Assembly: GCA_965213575.1 (NCBI GenBank)
Contig: CBDBZN010000018.1
Span: forward strand, 16,598-80,597
DNA: 64,000 nucleotides
DNA from: Chitinophagales bacterium
GTDB taxonomy: Bacteria > Bacteroidota > Bacteroidia > Chitinophagales > JAUHXS01
Direction: 5' to 3'
The translations under genes and the position numbers were made by a program. The notes beneath the pieces were generated by a model, which saw only the letters and a program-made list of their open reading frames with translations, was not told where the DNA came from and did no database searches. Positions 21,001-31,007 of the stretch are shown in pieces. Position 1 is the stretch's first letter. The number at the start of each line of letters is the position of its first letter.

Positions 21001-21663
21001 GCTTTTGCTCCATAAATTGAATCCTATTAATAAACATAAAAGGCCAATAAAAAAACAGGATAAAAATAAAGCATTGCTAAATTTAGCAGGATCATACGTA
21101 TAATAGCCTAATGTTTCATTATAAGTGCCAATGATGGGGACAGACATTTTTTGATTGGTTTTTCTCTCAATGTTTAACCCATTAGAAATTTTAAATTGAT
21201 TGTTATAATAAGTTCCTAAATATTTATTCTTTACTGCATAATTAATTACAATTGGAATATATGCGTATATATCAACACGAACATTGTTTAATATGAATTG
21301 GTTATGGATACTATCATATACATTTAGCGAAATTTGATCATTGGTTTTATTAAACGAGAGGGAGTTATTCCAAAACTTTAAGGTGTCATCATGATATATT
21401 AATATAGATAGCTCATTATTATTTAAAATTTTAGTTCGCCCGTTTAAATTTCCTGATGTAACATCTTTTATAAAAACAGTATCATGTATAACATTAAAAG
21501 CTTCCTTTCTAAGGCTTTGGTGTATTTCATTATTCTGCTCTACTGTTTGATAAAATTGATATTTTTTCCATTGCTCAGACTTGAAGATGGCTGATGCTAA
21601 AAGAAATAAAATAGCTCCTAAACAAAAAAAAATGTACAGGCGAAAATTTTTATTATAAAGCAT
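18061..21663 (-). CDS. large polytopic sensor histidine kinase (1200 aa)
   Basis: Long N-terminal region with more than 10 hydrophobic helices, HAMP-like linker, H-box VAHEIKNPLTPM, N-box TNIVKNAIQA, G-boxes DNGVGI and GTGIGLAI. 17-nt overlap with the next kinase gene. Confidence 0.85.
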   Translation of the reverse strand: MLYNKNFRLYIFFCLGAILFLLASAIFKSEQWKKYQFYQTVEQNNEIHQSLRKEAFNVIHDTVFIKDVTSGNLNGRTKILNNNELSILIYHDDTLKFWNNSLSFNKTNDQISLNVYDSIHNQFILNNVRVDIYAYIPIVINYAVKNKYLGTYYNNQFKISNGLNIERKTNQKMSVPIIGTYNETLGYYTYDPAKFSNALFLSCFFIGLLCLLIGFNLWSKSLLPGFRLLISIVISIIIIKVSLLNSLLTEFTHFELWQAFNYASSFSPSLGHLFIILALILYNAYIFFLIPLRPPVLNQSYRILWIVVAVGGIFTLAHFLVVLTQSLIIDANNLLVLNKLFVFEKYSIAALFCLSLATLAFGFIAWHIIAALTWVRLRSGRFLYVVLTNMLLYIWINDFLGIKCAVAIWTAIFIYGLLWLTGRKSQFTLINALMFIAYFSLFYSSLIVYHSDKKEKNTLSVIAHKLALKNNPITEYLLSNMYAEIAENLNANKIGNCMDSSSLEAVKEEILSKYVGSYFDFFDIRFSTICEVSNKASGDTNIDYSAYLQEENLTNQTQNIYAVNTGLNKHNYLLAFNYADKNLLYILFKTVSYTNTNLYPELLLESSFFEKNQLSEYSYVIYDKGKFHRSKDFLSLDNLDELSAHHIEKAIAIKVGDKTILFYRNKNSWMENMAWASYIFCFMLISILIIFLAGLLLTFNLQNALPQALNKISLRDKINITMILFIILSLIGIIIFTYKNIVGEYNEYHQARLKRKAQSVITSIYYLLSNEGLSFQGKENKVLENEIKKLADIHTIDVNLYKSSGKLWASSQYDIFDKHILSENMNPLAFNVLKQNRRTNFLYVLDEKLGSLNYISAFSAITNEEGDIIAYVNLPYFAKEKDLQKEIASFLEGFINIYTLFILIGSVLILLLSNYLTKTLTVIGSKLKETKLGGKNEPLIWAAEDEIGILVKEYNKMLLELEKSALLLKTSEREGAWRDIAKQVAHEIKNPLTPMKLNIQHLKRAGKEGAENLAEMTSRVADTLVEQIDALSKIASEFSSFAKMPVAKNQEVLINDIIEHIYALFKDSEEADFKYDAPAQPFYIFADKDLLLRVFTNIVKNAIQAIPSTRHGKIKLKIYQEAEMVIISVKDNGVGIDLPEQEKVFVPNFTTKSSGTGIGLAIARNIVEQAQGKVWFVTTPGSGTTFFVAFPIIHRDEGQK

Positions 21664-21812
21664 GACTTTGTATATTGATTAGCCGGCTGTAAAGCAACTT
21701 TTGCATATATTTGTAAATATAAACCGATTCGCTTCTAAAAATAAATTATTAAGAAGACATTTATGCTTTATCACTACTCCCGGTTAAATGAGATTTAATA
21801 TAACGCTATACA

Positions 21813-24800
21813 ATGAATGAAAAGCTACTAAGAGCCTTAATGGAATTATTTGCTATCGCGGCAAATATTGAGGTTCTTACGAAAGAAGGAAGAGACATTG
21901 TAAAAGCATTTTTACGAGAGCAAGTAACCTTAGATGCCGTTGATGAGTATTTAGAACTTTTTGATCATTACGTAGATAAACACGGGTCTTTCAGCAAAAG
22001 CACTGAAAAAGCTAGGGAAAAGGCTAAAGGTAGGCTTGGGCTACCGGTACGCGATTCTACCAAAGCACTAGTTATTAGTGAACAAATAAATACAGAGCTC
22101 ACTCAAAAACAAAAAGTCATTGTACTCATTAGAGTATTGGAGTTTATGATTACTGACGGCAGCATCTCTCCTATTCAAGACGATTTTATAACGACTGTTG
22201 CTTTGGCTTTTAATATTGATGAAGCTGAATTCAGTATTCTTAAAACATATATTAAAAGTGATAAAGTTGATCGGTTAACAGAATCTAATGCCCTGATCAT
22301 AAATAGTAAAAAAGATATAGAAGGAGAAGCTAAACATATTACAGCAGAACATCTGGAAGGGGAACTATATTTCTTAAGAATTCCTAGCGTAGATACTTAT
22401 TTAGTAAAATATTATGGTACTGAAGAGCTTTATTTGAATGGAATACTCATCAGGCCCGGGTTGGTTTATTTATTCGCACATGGCAGCTCTATCAGAAGTG
22501 CCAGAATTCATCCTATTTACTATAGTGATGTAGTAAGCCAATTTTTACTCGAACTGACAGAATCCTCTATCAGCTTTGTCGCAAAAGATGTTAAATTTCG
22601 CTTTCCTAATGGTAAAATCGGACTGCGAAATATAAATATAGCTGAAGAGTCGGGGAAGCTGCTAGGCTTTATGGGAGCCAGTGGAGCAGGCAAAACTACG
22701 TTAATGAATGTTTTGAGCGGACTCGAAACACCGGTTGAAGGGGTGGTCACTATTAATGGTATTAATATTCATCAAAATAAACAACACATTAAAGGAGTGA
22801 TAGGGTATGTGGCTCAAGATGACCTATTAATTGAAGAATTAACTGTTTATCAAAACCTTTACTATAATGCTAAGCTATGTTTTGGAAATGCCAGTGAAGA
22901 AGAGATAGATAAGTTGGTAATGAAAACACTGGCCAATCTCGGCTTAGCGGAAACAAGAGATATTATTGTGGGTTCTCCTTTGAATAAAAAGATCAGTGGA
23001 GGACAAAGAAAGCGATTAAATATTGGATTAGAATTAATCAGAGAACCTTCGGTAATGTTTGTAGATGAGCCCACTTCGGGATTATCTTCCAGAGATTCAG
23101 AAAACATTATGGATTTATTGAAAGAGCTTTCTTTAAAAGGAAAACTTATTTTTGTAGTGATCCATCAGCCTTCATCAGATATCTTTAAAATGTTTGATAA
23201 GCTATATATTCTTGACACAGGCGGTTATCCTGCATATTATGGTAATCCTTCAGAAGCAGTTATTTATTTTAAACAAGTGATCAATCATGTCAATGCTGAT
23301 AAAGCAGAGTGCCATGAATGTGGAAATATTAATCCGGAACAGATCTTCAATATCTTAGAATCAAAAGTTATTAATGAGTATGGTAATTTTACAGAAAAAA
23401 GGAAGATCTCTCCTACTCAATGGTATCAGTTTTACAATGAAAATGTAGTCATTCCTAAAATTACAGAAACTACTGATAAACCTAAGAAAACCCTAGTATT
23501 ACCAAATAAATTTAAACAGCTCAGAGTTTTTGTTACTCGCGATGTATTGTCTAAGCTAAGCAATACCCAATATATGGTAATAAATTTTTTAGAGGCACCT
23601 CTACTGGCCTTTATACTAGCTTATTTGGTAAGATATTTTGCTATTGATGAAAGCATTGATTTATACAGTTATGTTTTTAGCAAGAATGAAAACATAACAG
23701 TATATATATTTATGAGTGTAATTGTTGCTCTTTTTATGGGACTGACTGTTAGTGCAGAAGAAATTATCAAAGATCAGAAAATAAGAAAGAGAGAAAGTTT
23801 TCTTAACCTCAGCAAACAAAGTTACCTACTTTCTAAAGTAATCATTTTATTAACAGTTTCGGCGGTTCAAATGTTTACCTATGTTTTAATAGGTAATCAT
23901 ATATTGGAGATTCAAGATATGAATTTTTATTATTGGGCCGCATTATTTTCTACTGCGTTCTTCGCTAATATGTTAGGCCTTAATATTTCAGCTTCCTTCA
24001 ATTCCGCAGTGACTATTTATATATTGATCCCTATTTTATTGATCCCCCAATTATTATTAAGTGGTGCTGTTGTAAAATTTGATAAATTAAACCCTTTTCT
24101 TTCTTCAGAAAAGCATGTTCCTCTTACAGGAGACTTAATGGCATCTAAGTGGGTATTTGAAGCTTTAATCGTAAATCAATTTAAAAATAATAAATACGAA
24201 AAGCCGCTTTATAAATATGAAGAAATAATGAGTATCGCAGAATATAAAAAGAATTATTTAATACCTAAACTTATAGCTAAAAATGATTTTACAGATAGTT
24301 ATTATAATAGTGAAAATGACTCTATACAGTCTCTTGTAAAAAAAGATTTAAGAATTTTAACTAAGTATATTCAATATGAATTAGCTGCACAAAATATTTT
24401 CGATTTTGGCCATATTGATGAATTAACTATAGATAAGTACAATAATGAGATAGCAAGTAAAACGAAAGATTTCTTGAAATCTATGAAAAAGTACTACATT
24501 AAAACTTATAATTTTACGAGTGAAAAAAAAGATGAATATATATCTAATTTACAAAAGACATCCGAAACAAAGGAGCAATTTCTTGAGCTAAAAAATCAAT
24601 ATAACAATGATAATTTAGCAACGCTCGTTAAAAATAACAATGCAGAAAATAGAATTATCGAAAAAGATGAGATGCTAATCCAAAAAATTGACCCTATCTT
24701 TTTAGATCCATATGAATATAAAGGCCCACTAGATTTTAGGGCGCATATGTTTGCCCCCCGTAAACATTTTGCAGGAAAATTATTTGATACTTTTTGGTTT

Positions 24801-24932
24801 AATATTACTGTGTTATGGACAATGTCTCTCCTACTATATATTATTCTTTCTTTTGATGGATTAAGAAGATTTTTAGGCTTGTTCGGTATCTTATTTGGAA
24901 GAGTAAAAGAAGTTTTAAAAAAGAAAAGATAG
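21813..24932 (+). CDS. ABC-G type transporter, fused ATPase-permease with an extra N-terminal domain of about 270 aa
   Basis: Walker A GASGAGKTTL, signature ISGGQRKR, Walker B MFVDEPTSGL, followed by ABC-2 type TM helices. Confidence 0.85.
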   Translation: MNEKLLRALMELFAIAANIEVLTKEGRDIVKAFLREQVTLDAVDEYLELFDHYVDKHGSFSKSTEKAREKAKGRLGLPVRDSTKALVISEQINTELTQKQKVIVLIRVLEFMITDGSISPIQDDFITTVALAFNIDEAEFSILKTYIKSDKVDRLTESNALIINSKKDIEGEAKHITAEHLEGELYFLRIPSVDTYLVKYYGTEELYLNGILIRPGLVYLFAHGSSIRSARIHPIYYSDVVSQFLLELTESSISFVAKDVKFRFPNGKIGLRNINIAEESGKLLGFMGASGAGKTTLMNVLSGLETPVEGVVTINGINIHQNKQHIKGVIGYVAQDDLLIEELTVYQNLYYNAKLCFGNASEEEIDKLVMKTLANLGLAETRDIIVGSPLNKKISGGQRKRLNIGLELIREPSVMFVDEPTSGLSSRDSENIMDLLKELSLKGKLIFVVIHQPSSDIFKMFDKLYILDTGGYPAYYGNPSEAVIYFKQVINHVNADKAECHECGNINPEQIFNILESKVINEYGNFTEKRKISPTQWYQFYNENVVIPKITETTDKPKKTLVLPNKFKQLRVFVTRDVLSKLSNTQYMVINFLEAPLLAFILAYLVRYFAIDESIDLYSYVFSKNENITVYIFMSVIVALFMGLTVSAEEIIKDQKIRKRESFLNLSKQSYLLSKVIILLTVSAVQMFTYVLIGNHILEIQDMNFYYWAALFSTAFFANMLGLNISASFNSAVTIYILIPILLIPQLLLSGAVVKFDKLNPFLSSEKHVPLTGDLMASKWVFEALIVNQFKNNKYEKPLYKYEEIMSIAEYKKNYLIPKLIAKNDFTDSYYNSENDSIQSLVKKDLRILTKYIQYELAAQNIFDFGHIDELTIDKYNNEIASKTKDFLKSMKKYYIKTYNFTSEKKDEYISNLQKTSETKEQFLELKNQYNNDNLATLVKNNNAENRIIEKDEMLIQKIDPIFLDPYEYKGPLDFRAHMFAPRKHFAGKLFDTFWFNITVLWTMSLLLYIILSFDGLRRFLGLFGILFGRVKEVLKKKR

Positions 24933-25050
24933 TTTGGATTAAGAATATCTATAAATTCTCTTACTTTAAAAGACCTATTCTGTACTAGTTCATCGAGGTT
25001 TTGCAAAACTCAAATGGCAACATTTCTAAAACTTATTGTAACTTTGATAT

Positions 25051-25764
25051 ATGTCAGAAAACACATGTGTTATATCTCTTAAAAATGCTACTATATATCA
25101 AAAACATACGCTAGTATTGAAAGATGTAAATATTCAAATTCATCAAGGTGAGTTTGTGTATTTAATAGGTAAAACCGGGAGTGGGAAAAGTAGTTTGCTG
25201 AAAATATTGTATGGCGACTTACCTCTCAACGAAGGTGAAGGACAGATTGTTGACTTTGATATATCTCAACTAAAAGTAAAAACCGTTCCTAAGCTCCGAA
25301 GAAATTTAGGTATTGTTTTTCAAGATTTTCAACTACTTACTGATCGTTCTGTTAAAAACAATCTTTTATTTGTTTTAAAAGCTACAGGATGGAAAAACCT
25401 CACAGAAATGGAAGAAAGAATTGATGAGGTATTACATAAAGTCGGCTTACAGACCAAAGGCTTTAAAATGCCTCATGAACTTTCGGGAGGAGAACAACAA
25501 CGCATCGTGATTGCAAGAGCCTTACTTAATCATCCTAAAGTGATCTTAGCTGATGAACCTACCGGAAATCTAGATCCGGAAACATCTGATGAGATATTAA
25601 AACTATTAAGGCAAATATGCTTAGAATCTAGAACAGCTATTTTAATGGCCACACATAATTATACTATTCTGGAAAAATATCCTAACCGAATATTAAAATG
25701 TGAAAACGGCAAGGTCTTAGATATTCCTTCTAATGAGCTAATAGCTGAGCGATTAATGTTTTAG
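25051..25764 (+). CDS. ftsE: FtsE-like ABC ATP-binding protein
   Basis: 237 aa. GKTGSGKSSLLK, LRRNLGIVFQDFQLL, LSGGEQQRIVIARAL, ILADEPTGNLDPETS. The size and motif set fit FtsE. Confidence 0.65.
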   Translation: MSENTCVISLKNATIYQKHTLVLKDVNIQIHQGEFVYLIGKTGSGKSSLLKILYGDLPLNEGEGQIVDFDISQLKVKTVPKLRRNLGIVFQDFQLLTDRSVKNNLLFVLKATGWKNLTEMEERIDEVLHKVGLQTKGFKMPHELSGGEQQRIVIARALLNHPKVILADEPTGNLDPETSDEILKLLRQICLESRTAILMATHNYTILEKYPNRILKCENGKVLDIPSNELIAERLMF

Positions 25765-26856
25765 CATTCTTAGTATTTGAAAAATTATCAAGTAATATTT
25801 TTTTTCTAGCGTTAATAATATTTTCATCTAACGGTTTATCCCAAAGTTCATAAATTGTATCTATAAAATTTTGAGGAGTTTCTTTAATATGACTGCATGA
25901 TTCTAATCCTGTATTTGCAATCATATGTTTGTTTACAAGACAATGCCTACCATTAAATAATACGTTGAGCAATTTCAACTTAATACCGGTAGCTGCGCCG
26001 GGTACAGTAAGTAAATTTATGTGCGCAGCTTTAATTAATGTTTGAAGCTCCTCGTGAGATAAATTTTCTTTTAAAATTATGTGTTCATATTTCGAGCACA
26101 ACAGCCTTAAGCGGTCAGAAGGATTTAATCCCGCTATGATACAAGGCAGCTTGATTTTAGCAAATACTTCTTTAACCAAACAAAAAGCAGCCGATTCATT
26201 CTCTTTTACACTTAAATTTCCATGGTATAATACATATTTACCTATTCCTATAGGAGATATAACTTTATCACTTTCATGAAAAGCCGGTATATAAACTGCT
26301 TTATTAAAATTTTCTCGAGGTATTCATAATCCGCCGGCGAAATGGCCAAAACACCTGAGACATATTTCAATATATGCTCATACCTTTTTAATTTATATGA
26401 TTCTAAATAGAAATAGATTTTTTTGAAAGGATTGACACTAATATTAGCTAAGTTTTTATAGTATTTCCATTCAATATTATGCATCCTAACTAGTTTTACC
26501 CTGTCTGTTAGTTTATAATGAGGTAATAGAAAAGTAGCATGCAGGCCTTCCATTAAAATCGGAGCATCATCAACTAATAAGTTATCTAAAAGCCTTTCCT
26601 CAGATCTAGAATTAACGATGTAAGGCAAACCGCTCAATTGTTTTAAAAAGTTAGTATCTCTTTTATAATAATATACTTTATCACACAACCCTTCTAGCTC
26701 TTCAGCTTTGCTTCGCCCGTTTTGAAAACAATGCAATGTTATCCCTACCCCTAATTCAGATAGTATTTTGATCTTATAAAATACATCAATCACTCCTCCA
26801 TAATTTGCTGGAAGAGGCACATCGAAGGAAATAATATGTATTTTGATATTAGTCAA
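25730..26856 (-). pseudogene. glycosyltransferase split by a 1-nt frameshift (ORFs 26248..26856 and 25730..26179)
   Basis: N-terminal half MTNIKIHIISFDVPLPANYGGV...; the C-terminal half continues in another frame. Adding one A to the minus-strand A4 run (plus T run 26310-26313) restores ...YLEKNFNKAVYIPAFHESDKVISPIGIGKYVLYHGNLSVKENESAAFCLVKEVF... Confidence 0.6.
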
Positions 26857-26857
26857 A

Positions 26858-27977
26858 TTATAACATTGATAAAGCTAATTGTTTATATAAGTTAACTAAT
26901 TTATCTGACTCTTTTGACCAATTGAGCTCATTTTTTACCAGCTTAGTGTTGGTTTTAAATAAACTGTATTGATAACTATCAGTTAATAATTTATTAATAT
27001 TTCTTATGAGTTCTTTAATATTTTTGGGATCATTGATTAGGACTGCTACCGGATACTGCTGATTTACTGCTACAAATTCAGGAAAGGCCGGTGATAAAGA
27101 AGGAAGTTCAGCCTGCATATAATCAAAAAATTTATTATTTAAAGAATTGTAATAACTCTTACCTAAGTTTTCCAAAAGATTAATTCCCAACCATGCATTA
27201 GATGCATATTGATGTAATTCATCATCATTCACCCATCCTAAAAATTCAATTTTATCAGCTAAACCTTTAGTTTTTACTAGTGCTCTTAATTCTAAAGACA
27301 AGTCTCCTTCTCCTGCAATTTTAAGCTTTAAAGGCAATTGTTTCATCGCTTCAATGATATATTCTAATCCCCTACCCTTATTTAATGCTCCCTGATAAAA
27401 CAAATACTTTTCATCTGTGGCAATAGGGATAATTTCTTTAAATTCAGGAAGATTTTTAATTACTTCAAAGTGTTTTCTATATTTCTGATTAAAAATGTTT
27501 GCTAAGCCCTCGCTTACAGTATAAGCTGCATCTACTTTTAGGAATTAAATATTGTTCCAATTTTTCCCAAAATTTTTGAACTGCCGGCCTTGAAATAACT
27601 TCCGGAACTTGAGAAAAATATTCATGAGCATCGTAGACAAGGATTTTATGTCTAAGTTTTGCAGCAAAATAAGCAGCTCCCAATGTATCCATATCTATTG
27701 CACAGATGATGTCAATGTCTTTCAAAAACAGTAAATGAAAGAAAAGCCTAATGTTGTATTCTATATAAAATAACTTTCCTTTATCATAAAAACATCTTAG
27801 TCTTTTTTGCTTATAGGAAGTTACGGTAATTGGCAACGACTTTTTTCGAATTCGCCCGGCCAATTCAACCTTAAATCCGGATCCCGCAAGCGTTTTACAT
27901 ATTCTATGCATCCGCCTATCATGCACCAAATCATTGGTAACTGTAAATATGATAGTTTTCTTTTTGAGTTTTGACAT
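26858..27977 (-). pseudogene. GT4-like glycosyltransferase split by a 1-nt frameshift (ORFs 27489..27977 and 26858..27403)
   Basis: N-terminal half TVTNDLVHDRRMHRICKTL...; C-terminal half ...GALNKGRGLEYIIEAM...AGEGDL... Removing one A from the minus-strand A4 run (plus T run 27536-27539) gives a continuous ...YLIPKVDAAYTVSEGLANIFNQKYRKHFEVIKNLPEF... Confidence 0.65.
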
Positions 27978-28086
27978 TACGAAGCCTATGCAAAATAAAA
28001 AAACAAAAGTTGCTCTTTCTCAATGGCTTTTAAATTCATTATAAGATAGCTTTTAAGAGATCGAAACCTAAGGTAGATCATTCATT

Positions 28087-28620
28087 TTAACTTAATTTTA
28101 AAATTTTCATAAAAGCTTCTCGAATCTGACTTCTCTCCTCTTTCTGATCTTCTTCTGATATACATTCATTAAAATATGTTAAGCCTTCGTTCCGATTTTT
28201 ATGTGTCATATGCAATAAAAAATCATCTAATGCATTATGATCATCATTGAAAAATTCCTTAGCAAATAAGAACCGGTCATTAATACCGAGGTTAAATGAT
28301 GGCAATACTTTCCTTTCCGGTTTTACTACTACACTTTCAGTTGCTTCTTTTTCAATGATTATATTATTTGTGACAGGTAACTCTTCTGCAGATAGCTTTT
28401 TCATACTCTTCTTACTGATAGTACTTTCAATAGGTGCTGTATCATTTTCCACAACACGATCAGTGGGAACTTCTATAGAAATAGCATATACTTTTTTGTA
28501 TAGCTTTTTTATATCGTCTAGTAATAAGTCTTTTTCTAATTGCGAAAGATCTTTATTTCTCAATCTTTCCTGTATAGCATTTAATAAAGCATTAATTTTG
28601 TGATTCATATGTATAAACAT
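28087..28620 (-). CDS. hypothetical protein
   Basis: 177-aa ORF, charged/helical. The start is more likely at the second Met (MNHK...). No recognisable motif. Confidence 0.4.
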   Translation of the reverse strand: MFIHMNHKINALLNAIQERLRNKDLSQLEKDLLLDDIKKLYKKVYAISIEVPTDRVVENDTAPIESTISKKSMKKLSAEELPVTNNIIIEKEATESVVVKPERKVLPSFNLGINDRFLFAKEFFNDDHNALDDFLLHMTHKNRNEGLTYFNECISEEDQKEERSQIREAFMKILKLS

Positions 28621-28748
28621 TTATTATTCCTCATCCACAAAGACAGAAATGTGTAATAATATTTTTAATTCTTTAATATTATAAATTATATAGAAATGAT
28701 TACCTTTACATCACTAAAATATAAAACTATTTAACTAATAATCATATT

Positions 28749-30749
28749 ATGAGAAAAATTTACACTTTATTTTTAGCTTGTACTACTGCATTTTCTTTTG
28801 CGCAAAGTACAGTTAATATAATTCCAACTCAATCTGACAAAATTGATGCAGGTAGCGAGTTAAAATTAAATATTAATGAGACTCCTCATATTAATACAGC
28901 AGCAAAGTCTATTTCTTCATACAAAACATCTGCTACTGATGAAACCTATTGGGTTAACTTAGTAACAGGAATAGGAAATGTATATGGCCCTACTAATCTT
29001 CGAATTCATAGGCTTTGGCCTGATTCACTAGGAAAATATCGATATGCAAATGCGGATGACGATACTATAATTACTCCTGCTGGACGAGCTGAATACCAAA
29101 CAGCTCCTAATCCTGGTTGGGCATATTACTTTTTTAATGGATTTTACGGAATGGGACAAGTGTTTGATCCAAGTTCTGATATTTATAATTCTGCTTTAGA
29201 TCCCGTTATTGATCCTGAAGAAACTGTTGGGTTTAGTAATCAGAATGAGTTCACTATTGATTCCGTTAGTACTGCTTACTTTTACAATCGATCAGTAGAT
29301 AGCACTCAAGGAGCATTTGCAACTGGAACTATTATGATTGCTAATAATAATTCGATATCTGGAGATACTATCTCTATTAATGATGTTGACTTTATAGAAG
29401 GAGTTAATTTTAATTCAGGCCCTACTGCTCTTGCTACAGCTGATTCTTTAAATATGGCGATTAATGATACATCTGCACTGGCAGCTATAGTAACTTCTTC
29501 TGTTTCTGATTCTACAGTAACAATTACAGCCAACACAATGGGTAGCTCAGGAAATGGGATTACATTAAGCTATGGAGATGCTGGTAGCGCGCCTGCAGCT
29601 GTTACATTATCCGGCTCTACGCTTTCAGGAGGTCAAAATTCAGAATTGATTGTAGATACACTTAGAGTATATATACTTTCTCCAAATGTAGTTGGGTCTG
29701 CATCGAATGGCATTGAGGAAATTAATGCTCCTTTCATTGATTATAATAATAATACGGGTGTTGTTGCGCCAAGTGGAATATATCATACAGAGGATATTCT
29801 TTTGACTTATACAGATACCACTAAAAGCACATATAATGAAGGGACTGCATTTAGTGATGTGAAAGAATTCGCAATTGGGTTTCCTGCCATAACATTAACA
29901 TCAAACGCTGTATCAGCAGTAGGAGTTTTCTTTGAATTTTTGCCGGGCAATTCCTATGAAAATGGAGATATAATATATGATTTAGGAAAAACTCCTCCAT
30001 CTACAGAAAATGGCAACTCTTTTCATCTAGTAGCTTTTAATGAAATTGCTGGAGGAAGAGTCTTGGGAGATCATGATGATTATATTACTCTTAATTCCAG
30101 TATATTTACATCTCTCCCTAACGTATCTGCTACTAATAATCAAGACTATATGACGGCAGGAACTTTTTTTCCAACTAGTCAAAATCCTATTCATCAACTT
30201 TTAACTGCCTGGAGAGTATGTCCAGTTGGAGCTTTATATTCTTATGAAGTAGAGCCTGTAGGTGCAGTAAACTGTAGAACAGTTGAGTTTGAAAATATCA
30301 GCAACTTTGATGCCACCAGTTTCCAATGGAATTTTGGTGATGGAAGTGCTACTTCTTCTGAAGAAAACCCTACTCATACTTATGAGACTGCCGGTGAATA
30401 TGAAGTTACACTTACTGCAACAGGAAGCGGTAGAACTTTGAGCTTTACTACAGAAGTTGAAGTTGACTTTTGTACAGGCATCGAGGAAAATGACCTTCAC
30501 GCTAACATATCTCTGTACCCTAACCCGGCACAAGATGTATTAAAAATTGAATACAATATTGAAAACACTCAAGATCTAGAAATATCTATTGTAGACCTTC
30601 AAGGAAAAGTTGTTTATAATAATTTAGTACAAAGAGTGAACACTTTTAATAATACTATTGATATTTCCGCTTTATCTAATGGAACTTATATGATTAAGTT
30701 TCAAAATGGTAACGGCGTTATCACTGAGCCAATTACAATTGCTAGATAA
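28749..30749 (+). CDS. secreted PKD-domain protein with T9SS type A C-terminal sorting domain
   Basis: Signal peptide. PKD pattern FQWNFGDGSATSSEENPTHTYETAGEYEVTLTATG. C-terminal Por_Secre_tail pattern ISLYPNPAQDVLKIEY...GTYMIKFQNGNGVITEPITIAR. Confidence 0.8.
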   Translation: MRKIYTLFLACTTAFSFAQSTVNIIPTQSDKIDAGSELKLNINETPHINTAAKSISSYKTSATDETYWVNLVTGIGNVYGPTNLRIHRLWPDSLGKYRYANADDDTIITPAGRAEYQTAPNPGWAYYFFNGFYGMGQVFDPSSDIYNSALDPVIDPEETVGFSNQNEFTIDSVSTAYFYNRSVDSTQGAFATGTIMIANNNSISGDTISINDVDFIEGVNFNSGPTALATADSLNMAINDTSALAAIVTSSVSDSTVTITANTMGSSGNGITLSYGDAGSAPAAVTLSGSTLSGGQNSELIVDTLRVYILSPNVVGSASNGIEEINAPFIDYNNNTGVVAPSGIYHTEDILLTYTDTTKSTYNEGTAFSDVKEFAIGFPAITLTSNAVSAVGVFFEFLPGNSYENGDIIYDLGKTPPSTENGNSFHLVAFNEIAGGRVLGDHDDYITLNSSIFTSLPNVSATNNQDYMTAGTFFPTSQNPIHQLLTAWRVCPVGALYSYEVEPVGAVNCRTVEFENISNFDATSFQWNFGDGSATSSEENPTHTYETAGEYEVTLTATGSGRTLSFTTEVEVDFCTGIEENDLHANISLYPNPAQDVLKIEYNIENTQDLEISIVDLQGKVVYNNLVQRVNTFNNTIDISALSNGTYMIKFQNGNGVITEPITIAR

Positions 30750-30774
30750 TCTTTTAGTTATTTAAATAGTTTTA

Positions 30775-30812
30775 ATCCCTGTTTGATAAATATCAAACAG
30801 GGATTTTTTTTT
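30775..30812 (+). terminator. rho-independent terminator
   Basis: 14-bp palindrome ATCCCTGTTTGATA / TATCAAACAGGGAT followed by T9. Confidence 0.7.
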
Positions 30813-31007
30813 ATATTATCCCATTAAATTTTTATTAGGATATATACATTATTAATTTAAGCCTTATCACGGTTTAAGCTCACTTTAATTTTAACACTAT
30901 CACTATTGAATTTAACTAAGTTTAATTAAATTCTAGGTATGGCTAAACTGAAGATGTAATATAAAACAAAACGTAACTCATGCCTTCTTTTCACCCGAGA
31001 TTGTGTT

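Noticed and set aside
26310-27539. Homopolymer tracts in the glycosyltransferases as phase-variation switches
   Set aside because: The tracts are only 4 nt long. Slipped-strand phase variation normally needs tracts of about 7 nt or longer. Kept only as a remote alternative.
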